Shown here in pieces: positions 18,399 through 25,244 of a stretch of DNA of 43,432 nt (the first letter of the stretch is position 1; every line of letters starts with the position of its first letter). The stretch lies in the IMG/VR virus record IMGVR_UViG_3300027834_000003; one strand, written 5' to 3'. Source of the DNA: a virus. The notes under the pieces were generated by a model. The model worked only from the letters and a program-made list of their open reading frames with translations, ran no database searches and was not told the DNA's origin. The position numbers and the translations under genes were made by a program.

Positions 18399-18738
18399 TT
18401 TTACCTCCATAAGCATAAAGTATATCGTTATTGTATTCAAATCTGAACTTAAATCTACTCAGACCTTTACGTATATTGTTTTCTCTATCTTTCGTTCCCG
18501 ATAGCAGACATATCTCACCCTTGTTATAGAAGTTAATGATGTCTCTTATCATACCTATAGTAAAATCATAGTCAGTATTTATTGCTGTAGTTGCAAGATA
18601 TGTTATACCATGCAACTCTTTGCTACCGATTAGTCCAAATGGCTCATTATCTTTATAGTAGATTTTTGGTTTTAATGTAAACCAATAGTTCTTATATTCT
18701 TCACCAACAATTTCTGCTATAATATTTTCATAATCCAT
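18391..18738 (-). CDS. Hypothetical protein, the first long ORF of the minus arm
   Basis: 115-aa ORF. Its ATG lies only 6 nt downstream of a TGATATACT extended -10-like element. Confidence 0.6.
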   Translation of the reverse strand: MDYENIIAEIVGEEYKNYWFTLKPKIYYKDNEPFGLIGSKELHGITYLATTAINTDYDFTIGMIRDIINFYNKGEICLLSGTKDRENNIRKGLSRFKFRFEYNNDILYAYGGKNV

Positions 18739-18743
18739 AGCAG

Positions 18744-18757
18744 AAGTATATCATAAA
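18744..18757 (-). promoter_or_regulatory. Extended -10 promoter-like motif TTTATGATATACTT
   Basis: The same 14-mer occurs on the plus strand at 25821-25834. Here it sits 6 nt from the ATG at 18738. Confidence 0.4.
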
Positions 18758-18774
18758 AAATTAAAATAGTAAGG

Positions 18775-19356
18775 ATGATGAGAATGACAACTGAACACAT
18801 GAGTTATCTTGTACCTTTTAATAGAGAGTTGGACGTACCTTATCGTGCACCAAAGAAGTTGAAAGATATGGTGAGCTATATCTTCTCTCATGTAACCGTA
18901 CCAAGTAAGCAGAGGAAGTTGTTTATCGATGTGTCCAGTATGGGTAGTCGAAGTCTTGTCAACGATATGGCTGTAAGAGCTATAGCTATGGCTCGTCATT
19001 TTGTCGAACACCCTAATCAGTATGGTGGGTCAATGGAAAACATACAGTTCCAAGTGTTGAGACGTATGTGGGTACAAGTATTCAACCACATGCACAAACA
19101 AGAACGTTACCCTGATGTTGACAGTGACGACTGGACATATTTAGGTATCACGTATAAAATGTTGACCATCGAGAACGGTTTTTGGGATGAGTTGTTGCGT
19201 GTTGTAATAGATAAAGACTATCATCAGACTAATGACGACATGGTAAAGCGACGTGATGGTATAGGTTTGCGTGAACGCAAGAACAATAAAGTGTCGGATA
19301 GAGCCTCATTGCGTGAGGGTGGTACGTATTTTGAGTATTTAAGCAGTTTGGAATGA
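18775..19356 (+). CDS. Hypothetical protein encoded opposite to the surrounding structural arm
   Basis: 193-aa ORF with normal composition and CGT/GGT codon usage like the core genes. The third ATG (18784) has an AAGGA RBS 8 nt upstream. The only minus-strand ORF here (18751-19011) is His/Cys/Tyr-rich and implausible. Confidence 0.65.
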   Translation: MMRMTTEHMSYLVPFNRELDVPYRAPKKLKDMVSYIFSHVTVPSKQRKLFIDVSSMGSRSLVNDMAVRAIAMARHFVEHPNQYGGSMENIQFQVLRRMWVQVFNHMHKQERYPDVDSDDWTYLGITYKMLTIENGFWDELLRVVIDKDYHQTNDDMVKRRDGIGLRERKNNKVSDRASLREGGTYFEYLSSLE

Positions 19357-19494
19357 TAGATTATTAGCGATACGTCTGTGTTGTAGATATTTCTCTTTAG
19401 CTTCGGTAGTAGGATTGTCTATCCATTCGAGTTGATGAGTGCGATAGTTGTATTTATAAAGCAAGTTCGTTCCGTATTGAAACCACTGTATCAT
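19339..19494 (-). CDS. 51-aa hypothetical ORF
   Basis: MIQWFQYGTNLLYKYNYRTHQLEWIDNPTTEAKEKYLQHRRIANNLSFQTA with a GGGAG RBS 6 nt upstream. Its 3' end overlaps the convergent 193-aa gene by 18 nt. Confidence 0.4.
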   Translation of the reverse strand: MIQWFQYGTNLLYKYNYRTHQLEWIDNPTTEAKEKYLQHRRIANNLSFQTA

Positions 19495-19607
19495 AACATA
19501 CTCCCGTAGGCTCAGTCTTTCCTGAGAGTCAAAAAATTATTAACCTCACTTCACACTTTACATGTGACCTTTTAAGTTAATTGAGATGACGAGTCATCCG
19601 TATAGGT

Positions 19608-19613
19608 ATTATA
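19608..19613 (-). promoter_or_regulatory. Perfect TATAAT -10 hexamer facing the minus arm
   Basis: The minus strand reads ccacTATAATacc. No good -35 is present. It lies about 110 nt upstream of the 51-aa ORF. Confidence 0.25.
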
Positions 19614-19694
19614 GTGGAGGGCGACTTAAGCTAACTTTAAAAAGCTGGAATTTGCTAGAGAAATCGATTTAGGGCTACCCACCCCCACAGCGAT

Positions 19695-19724
19695 TTGACA
19701 TTTACCCCATAGCCCTCGTATAAA
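19695..19724 (+). promoter_or_regulatory. Near-consensus sigma70-like promoter, TTGACA-N18-TATAAA
   Basis: Read directly from the sequence. It is flanked by a 7-bp inverted repeat, agggcta (19671) / tagccct (19710). Confidence 0.45.
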
Positions 19725-19731
19725 ACGCAAC

Positions 19732-19759
19732 TTGACTGATAGCTTTTAGCTGTGATATT
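19732..19759 (+). promoter_or_regulatory. Second tandem promoter-like element, TTGACT-N16-(TGt)GATATT
   Basis: Read directly from the sequence, with TG at the extended -10 position. Confidence 0.35.
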
Positions 19760-19904
19760 AAGTAATATTAACACTGATAGCGTACAAACTACAGCTATTT
19801 GTTATGGTCTCAACGCTGTGGAGCAAGGTCAAAGCAACTGTTCTACAGCCTACACTATCAACTATCAACCGCTCGCACGTGATAGTATCACTCCAAACTT
19901 AAAG

Positions 19905-19948
19905 CTATATAACATACTATATAATTTACTATATAGTATGTTATATAG
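19905..19948. repeat. Perfect 19-bp inverted repeat with a 6-nt spacer
   Basis: ctatataacatactatata-atttac-tatatagtatgttatatag. Confidence 0.97.
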
Positions 19949-19965
19949 TGACAGCAGCGTGACGT

Positions 19966-20018
19966 TCAACAACCGAATACTAATAGCTATTAACTCAACA
20001 ACCGAATACTAATAGCTA
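19966..20018. repeat. Two exact 24-bp direct repeats with a 29-bp period
   Basis: tcaacaaccgaatactaatagcta occurs at 19966-19989 and 19995-20018. Confidence 0.97.
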
Positions 20019-20220
20019 ATAAAATAATAAATAAAAATATATTATGCAACTCTTTTTTAGCCTACACCATAAACTATCACTCAGCAGTTGAGCCGATAAA
20101 AACAAATAAATAATAAATATTAAATATTAATGCAATACTTTTAATATTATGTTAACCAAAATAGCTAAATTTTACATTTTATTTCTACAAATTATTTCAG
20201 AATGTTTTTATTTTAACAAA
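20019..20220. other. Extremely AT-rich tract (DNA-unwinding-element-like)
   Basis: Runs such as aataaaataataaataaaaatatatta and aaaaacaaataaataataaatattaaatattaat, with no ORF. Confidence 0.6.
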
Positions 20221-20376
20221 TTTCACAATTCGCTACAGCTACCACAAACACGATGTTTTAGAGATGTTCATTTACAGTCTGTTTACTATTCGTTTACTTT
20301 TCTACGTTAAATTTTCAGGGTCGGAGGACGTTAACCTACAACACGTGAGACAACACAAAAAAATCAAAGGCTTACC

Positions 20377-20826
20377 ATGACAACTTTAACTATTAACACT
20401 AACAATGAGACACTAGCAAATATGACTGATAACATTACTAAAGCACAAACGATACGTGCTAATACAGTTCAAAGCATTATACGTGATACACTTGACTATG
20501 CTAACGACCATAAAGAAGTATTTAGTACAAAGAAAAATGCAATAAGTGTTTTTATCAAACAACACCTTAACAGTAATGTTGATACATATACGAAACGTGC
20601 ATTAAAAGTGGCGAAACTTATTCTAATAGATGGGTACAAAGTTAAAAGAGAATTGTTAACACTTGCACAAATCGAAAACCTATTAACATTTAACAAAAAT
20701 ACTGTTAATAAATTAATGCAATTTGATGGTGACATGTATATCGATGAAGTTAAAGAACTAATTAAATCGGCGAAAATCGAAAAAACAACTAAAGTATTCA
20801 GTGCTAAAAAAGCAAAAGATATATAG
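20377..20826 (+). CDS. Hypothetical early protein, Lys/Asn/Thr-rich
   Basis: 149-aa ORF isolated between non-coding regions of 0.9 kb and 0.47 kb. Weak AAAGG RBS. Confidence 0.65.
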   Translation: MTTLTINTNNETLANMTDNITKAQTIRANTVQSIIRDTLDYANDHKEVFSTKKNAISVFIKQHLNSNVDTYTKRALKVAKLILIDGYKVKRELLTLAQIENLLTFNKNTVNKLMQFDGDMYIDEVKELIKSAKIEKTTKVFSAKKAKDI

Positions 20827-20845
20827 TACCAAGCCGGTACTATAT
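20821..20845 (+). terminator. 10-bp perfect stem / 5-nt loop hairpin overlapping the stop codon
   Basis: atatagtacc-aagcc-ggtactatat followed by aaatattg. There is no clean U-tract. Confidence 0.35.
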
Positions 20846-20860
20846 AAATATTGTGTACAG

Positions 20861-20948
20861 CTTTAAACGTTAACAGTGGTTAACCTCTTTAGAGTTGTTA
20901 GAATATTTATAGACTTTAAACGCTCACAGTGGTGAACCTCTTTAGAGT
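20861..20948. repeat. Two 35-bp direct repeats (3 mismatches, 53-bp period), each containing a hairpin
   Basis: ctttaaacgttaacagtggttaacctctttagagt (20861-20895) and ctttaaacgctcacagtggtgaacctctttagagt (20914-20948). Confidence 0.9.
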
Positions 20949-21291
20949 AGAACGAGACTTTTTATCTAACGTGTTGTTAGACTTTTTATTTAAAAACTTT
21001 ATAAGGCAAAAACAATTATTTATATGGTGCCGAAACTGTATAGAAACCTAATGTTATCCGATGGTACGTCGGCACTCTAAACTTAGATATAAACGAGTGA
21101 AAAAAAGTAAACAAGCAAATATACAATTTGCGGTTATTGAATCAAAGCAATAACAAATATATTGCTACATGTAACGAGACTATAATTATTTAGTTTCATT
21201 ATTACATGGAGCGTATATCTTTATTAAGCATAAAGTTGTGAACTCATGGGAGCTTTTACAAAATTATCTTTATGTTTAAAGAGGTATAAAA

Positions 21292-21417
21292 ATGTATGTA
21301 TTAAAAAATAGATGGAACGATACTTGTATCAGTGGTAGTTATCATGTATGTTTAGAGTATGCAAAAACTCACAAAAACGAAATGGGCGGGTGTTATGTAA
21401 TTACACCGGAGGCTTAA
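21292..21417 (+). CDS. 41-aa micro-ORF, Cys-containing
   Basis: MYVLKNRWNDTCISGSYHVCLEYAKTHKNEMGGCYVITPEA with an AGAGG RBS. It is followed 1 nt later by the next ORF. Confidence 0.45.
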   Translation: MYVLKNRWNDTCISGSYHVCLEYAKTHKNEMGGCYVITPEA

Positions 21418-21418
21418 A

Positions 21419-21526
21419 ATGATTACTTTAGATGATATACATTTATTAGGGTTATCAATGTTCATGGGTGCGATGGTAGTTTACATCGGAATTATAATAA
21501 ACGAAATAATAACAGAAGAGGGATAA
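21419..21526 (+). CDS. 35-aa single-TM micro-ORF
   Basis: MITLDDIHLLGLSMFMGAMVVYIGIIINEIITEEG with a GGAGG RBS 6 nt upstream. It ends 4 nt before the ATPase gene. Confidence 0.5.
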   Translation: MITLDDIHLLGLSMFMGAMVVYIGIIINEIITEEG

Positions 21527-21530
21527 AAAG

Positions 21531-22574
21531 ATGGATGGATTAAAAATAGATTTGAGTGGAGTTATTAACACGGCTATTGATGAAAAAATGGCTGAGTTTG
21601 ATGTTGAAGCACAGATAAAAAATATGTTAGAAGATGTAGCGAAAAATGCAAGTAAAATATTAACTGTAAAAGTTGAGGGTGGTGCTAAAGAGGGTAAAAA
21701 ATTCCCTTTGGTGCACAAACAATTTGAGGACTTATTAGCTGTTGCTAGTATGCAAGGTATTAACACGCTTTTAACTGGTGGTGCCGGTTTGTCAAAAAGT
21801 ACGGCTGTAGAACAATTAGCTGAAGCTTTTGAGTTGGGCATGGGTAGTATATCGTTTTCAAACCAAACTACTAAAACCGATTTATTGGGTTTTGTTGATG
21901 CAAATGGTATCTATCGTAAAAGTGGTTTTGTTGATGCGTTTGAAAATGGTAAAGTGTTTTTAGCTGATGAAATGGATGCGTGTAGTGCTAATGTTTTGGT
22001 ATTGTTAAATAGTGCCATCTCTAATGGTTTTATAGAAACTCCTGATGCAAAAGTTATCCATGCTCACGAAAAATTTAGATTTGTTGGAACTGCTAATACC
22101 AATTTACGTGGCTCTAAAGATGGTTTTACTGCTAGAAATAAATTAGATAGTGCAACGATTGATAGATTTGTTGTTATTGATTGGGAACTAGATAAAGACC
22201 TAGAAGAAAAACTTACTAATAACAATGGTTGGTTAAAGATTGTACGCAAGTGTCGTAAAATCGCAAGTGAACAATTAGAGGGTATTACTATTACTCCTAG
22301 AAGTTCTTATGATGGTGCAAAGCTTTTAAAAGCTGGTATGGACGTTGATAAAGTTATTAGAATGGTAATAATTAAAGCAATGGGTATTGATGAAGAGGAA
22401 ACTCTACTAAAACCTATTACTGCAAATATGAAAGCAAGTGCTGTGAAAGATGCCGGTATTAAAAAAGAGAAACGACCTGAAGTGGTAATACCTGAAGTGG
22501 GAACACCTAAAGAGGTAGAAGAGCCTGAGTATGAAGAAATAGATGATGACGACGTTGAGCCGTTTCAATGGTAA
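21531..22574 (+). CDS. AAA_5-type (MoxR/CobS-like) ATPase
   Basis: 347 aa. Walker A LLTGGAGLSKST, Walker B VFLADEMDA, then FRFVGTANT (sensor-1-like) and an acidic C-terminal tail. Confidence 0.8.
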   Translation: MDGLKIDLSGVINTAIDEKMAEFDVEAQIKNMLEDVAKNASKILTVKVEGGAKEGKKFPLVHKQFEDLLAVASMQGINTLLTGGAGLSKSTAVEQLAEAFELGMGSISFSNQTTKTDLLGFVDANGIYRKSGFVDAFENGKVFLADEMDACSANVLVLLNSAISNGFIETPDAKVIHAHEKFRFVGTANTNLRGSKDGFTARNKLDSATIDRFVVIDWELDKDLEEKLTNNNGWLKIVRKCRKIASEQLEGITITPRSSYDGAKLLKAGMDVDKVIRMVIIKAMGIDEEETLLKPITANMKASAVKDAGIKKEKRPEVVIPEVGTPKEVEEPEYEEIDDDDVEPFQW

Positions 22575-22586
22575 AAAGGATATATT

Positions 22587-23432
22587 ATGCAATTAGATAC
22601 TGAAGTAATAGAGGGTTGTAAATCTCTTCATAAAATACCTACTTATTTGGAAAAGGCTAATATCCGCAAAGATGATAAGATTATCGAAATGGGTACATTA
22701 AGCAACTATAAAAAATTTATGCTTTTACACAAAGACTTTAGAGGTGCAAGTGAACACTCTTCTATGCAAAATGGTGGTGGAAGTTTTACGGGTGTTAATA
22801 ATTATGATGACTTCCTAACTCTACTAGATACGGGTGATGAAGATGTTATGCGAAAAATTAAAATTGAGACAACTAAGCAAGTAGCTGAACTTAGTAAAAA
22901 GTATGAAGAGGTTATAGCTAGATATAAGTTTGACACTTCAGGTCAGTTCTTTGATGTTGGTTTAGTGTTAACGGGTATTCCTGAAACATGGTTAGAGCCT
23001 GATAATGTTGAGGAAGAAAAAGTTAGAGTTGAGATTATAATCAATGGTACATTCCATTCGGGTGTTAGTAAAGATGATGTTGTGGTTGGTGCTGGTCGTA
23101 TCTTAGCAATAATAAAAATACTTGAAGATAATGATGTTGAGGTCAGACTTAAAATTGTATCTTGTATTGATAATTGTGGTCATGGTCACAATTTGTATGT
23201 TGCAACTGATGTGAAAGATTATGATGAACCTATTAACTATAAAAAATGTTCGGCACTTTTAAGTCCTACATATTTAAGAAGAGGTATGTTTAAAGTAATG
23301 GAACTTGTTGCAAAGAAAAAATTGTCTAGTAGTTATGGTCGTCCAATAAATGTTAATGGTTTTATTGAGATACATCAAAGAAAAAGCATTGATGCGTTAG
23401 AAAAAAGATTATTTAAACAAGGAGCAAAATAA
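22587..23432 (+). CDS. Hypothetical protein, the partner of the AAA_5 ATPase
   Basis: 281-aa ORF 12 nt after the ATPase gene. I could find no MIDAS DxSxS motif, so a vWA assignment is not supported. Confidence 0.7.
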   Translation: MQLDTEVIEGCKSLHKIPTYLEKANIRKDDKIIEMGTLSNYKKFMLLHKDFRGASEHSSMQNGGGSFTGVNNYDDFLTLLDTGDEDVMRKIKIETTKQVAELSKKYEEVIARYKFDTSGQFFDVGLVLTGIPETWLEPDNVEEEKVRVEIIINGTFHSGVSKDDVVVGAGRILAIIKILEDNDVEVRLKIVSCIDNCGHGHNLYVATDVKDYDEPINYKKCSALLSPTYLRRGMFKVMELVAKKKLSSSYGRPINVNGFIEIHQRKSIDALEKRLFKQGAK

Positions 23433-23728
23433 TGAAAAAGTTTACGAAAGGTATGAGTTATATATTCAATGGTAAGTTACGTATAAAGTATATAGTTCAC
23501 CAAACCGGATTAAAATCATGGAGGGCTACAGTTTTTTCACATGTTATGGTTGACAGTCTTGAGTGGAATTTTGTTGTGTTAGAGGGTAACGCAACAAGTT
23601 TATTTGAAAGGCTTATAGAAGTTACCAACAGTGAAGAAGATGGTTATGAGGTACGAGCCTACAACACAAACGAAAGTTTGAGAAAAGATATGTTTAATAT
23701 CTTAAAATTTGGAAAGTTTGAGGAGTAA
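23432..23728 (+). CDS. Hypothetical protein
   Basis: 98-aa ORF. Its start overlaps the previous stop (TAATG). Confidence 0.65.
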   Translation: MKKFTKGMSYIFNGKLRIKYIVHQTGLKSWRATVFSHVMVDSLEWNFVVLEGNATSLFERLIEVTNSEEDGYEVRAYNTNESLRKDMFNILKFGKFEE

Positions 23729-23731
23729 ATT

Positions 23732-24262
23732 ATGGGTGCATATTATGAAGCAACAATCGGTGAGGGTGAGAACGCTAGAAGATTTTGTACTCACAAAACG
23801 GGTAACGGGTTAAAGTTGATGGAACATAGTTATATCAGTAATGATTATTGTATGGTTATTATGAGTATGTTGTTAAACAAACCTCAACCTTTAGTGTGGT
23901 TATGTGATTACCACGAGGCTGATGATTTAACAAGTCTCACATGGGATAATGTTAAAGAATTTGAGGGTTATGACCAAACTAATCACTTTGAGAAAAGTAA
24001 TTGTTATGTTTTCAATCACACTAAAAAACTCTTCATTAATCTTGGTCAACTACATAATAAAGGTAAAGCTGAAAATGATGGTTGGGCTATACACCCTATA
24101 CCTATATTGTGTAACTCTGATGAACGTTCACGAGGTGGTGGTGATTATCACCCTGAAGATAGTCGTAGAGCAACTTGGTGTGGTGACTTAATAGAAACAT
24201 CTAAGTCACCTCGTAATATAGGTTATGAAGATGTAACCGAAGACTGTTGGTTTACAGAGTAA
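23732..24262 (+). CDS. Hypothetical protein, Cys/His/Trp-rich
   Basis: 176-aa ORF starting 3 nt after the previous stop. Confidence 0.65.
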   Translation: MGAYYEATIGEGENARRFCTHKTGNGLKLMEHSYISNDYCMVIMSMLLNKPQPLVWLCDYHEADDLTSLTWDNVKEFEGYDQTNHFEKSNCYVFNHTKKLFINLGQLHNKGKAENDGWAIHPIPILCNSDERSRGGGDYHPEDSRRATWCGDLIETSKSPRNIGYEDVTEDCWFTE

Positions 24263-24426
24263 TGAGTCCTAAAACTATTAGAGCCATACTAAGGGCTTAT
24301 GAAGATGGTGTGACATTGGAAGCTTTGAGCCATTTGTTTAAAGTAACTCAGCATGAACTGATTATCATGGTTCATGCTTACAAAATAGGAAAGAAAAATG
24401 TCAGATGTAATGATATTAACACTTGA
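24262..24426 (+). CDS. 54-aa HTH-like micro-protein
   Basis: MSPKTIRAILRAYEDGVTLEALSHLFKVTQHELIIMVHAYKIGKK... Its start overlaps the previous stop (TAATG). It is below the ORF-track cutoff. Confidence 0.45.
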   Translation: MSPKTIRAILRAYEDGVTLEALSHLFKVTQHELIIMVHAYKIGKKNVRCNDINT

Positions 24427-24496
24427 TGTGTTATTGGTTCTAGGTATATTTATTTACGTAAAGAGATTATGGAAAGGGAGTAAGTACGATGGGTAA
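24398..24496 (+). CDS. 32-aa single-TM micro-ORF
   Basis: MSDVMILTLDVLLVLGIFIYVKRLWKGSKYDG. It overlaps both neighbouring ORFs. Confidence 0.35.
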   Translation: MSDVMILTLDVLLVLGIFIYVKRLWKGSKYDG

Positions 24497-24716
24497 TATA
24501 ACTGTAATGAGTACGAGTGCAACTATGAACTATTTAATGAGTATAGAAAGGTTGACACTTAAAGAGGTTCGCATAATATTGGGTGAACCTTTAAGAGAAG
24601 CGAGACTGTTGGTTAGTGGTAAAAGAGATTTTACTAAACAAAACTATTTAGATGTAATTTTTAACTTCCCTCAGTTGGTGGGTCGTATCGAAAATTTTGA
24701 AAATGTAAAAGGATAA
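24489..24716 (+). CDS. Small putative DNA-binding (XRE/Cro-like HTH) protein
   Basis: 75 aa with an AAGGGAG RBS. LTLKEVRIILGEPLREARLLVSGKRDFT resembles an HTH. Confidence 0.5.
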   Translation: MGNITVMSTSATMNYLMSIERLTLKEVRIILGEPLREARLLVSGKRDFTKQNYLDVIFNFPQLVGRIENFENVKG

Positions 24717-24719
24717 GTT

Positions 24720-25244
24720 ATGGGCTTATATGTTGAAGCAAAAATAAATGGTAAGAAATTAAATTGGTTGACGAGTAATGGTAGATTAGCAACTTATATG
24801 GGTATAGCTAAAGCTGACGAGTTTAAAGTGTGTTGGGTTGACAATGGAGCGTTTGAAGCTGTTGCTGTAGCGTTTGATGATAGAGAGTTAGAGATGTTAT
24901 CAAAACCTGATGGTAGAAGCAAGTTATGGTTCATAGTGAGTAAAGCTAAACTAAAAGAGGTGTGTCCTGAATGGGATACTTATGTTAAGCCTACTGCTGG
25001 TGGTCGTATGAGAGAAGAGATGAAAAAACACGATGAGATGAAAAGTGGTATTCACGCAACGTTTGAAGATACCGGTGATGGTATTACGGTGAAAGCTAGT
25101 GTTAATGCTAACCAACATGAGGTTGAGGCTTTAATTAAAAGTCTTTTAAACATGATAGCTAGGAATAAAAAGGTTCATGTAACTACAGTGTTGAAAGATA
25201 TAGTTACGGGCATGATGATTGATGAACTTGGAAAGGATAAGTAA
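24720..25244 (+). CDS. Hypothetical protein
   Basis: 174-aa ORF with an AAGGAT RBS. Confidence 0.65.
   Translation: MGLYVEAKINGKKLNWLTSNGRLATYMGIAKADEFKVCWVDNGAFEAVAVAFDDRELEMLSKPDGRSKLWFIVSKAKLKEVCPEWDTYVKPTAGGRMREEMKKHDEMKSGIHATFEDTGDGITVKASVNANQHEVEALIKSLLNMIARNKKVHVTTVLKDIVTGMMIDELGKDK

Noticed and set aside
18751-19011. 86-aa minus-strand ORF overlapping the 193-aa plus-strand gene
   Set aside because: Its composition is His/Cys/Tyr/Ser-rich and implausible, and it has no RBS. The plus-strand frame is longer, with normal composition and core-like codon usage.
18775-19356. The 193-aa opposite-strand gene as a recent horizontal acquisition, based on apparently higher GC
   Set aside because: On inspection its Arg and Gly codon choices (CGT, GGT) match the core genes. 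The slightly higher GC seems to reflect amino-acid composition, so only its orientation is unusual.
19752-20012. 86-aa plus-strand ORF in the control region
   Set aside because: It has a GTG start and no RBS. Its sequence is dictated by the 19-bp palindrome and the 24-bp direct repeats (YNILYNLLYSMLYS...), so it looks like a by-product of non-coding repeats.
14834-20886. GTTAAC(C) as a shared operator motif (14834, 20328, 20869, 20879)
   Set aside because: The hexamer also occurs repeatedly inside coding regions (for example 12680, 13094, 22975, 27424, 29270, 35832). Its presence in regulatory regions is therefore not clearly enriched in this AT-rich genome.
19495-21291. tRNA or other classical RNA genes in the long non-coding regions (also 25478-25996)
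   Set aside because: I found no T-arm GTTCRANYC-type box with a matching acceptor stem, and no cloverleaf of suitable length. The stems present are simple hairpins.
21455-21841. The 128-aa minus ORF, and the many other antisense ORFs in the track (for example 963-1247, 4262-4621, 9977-10234, 18019-18504, 27304-27636, 36140-36639, 40963-41187)
   Set aside because: They lie entirely opposite long, motif-supported genes. They have Ser/Leu/Cys/Phe-rich shadow-frame composition and lack RBSs.
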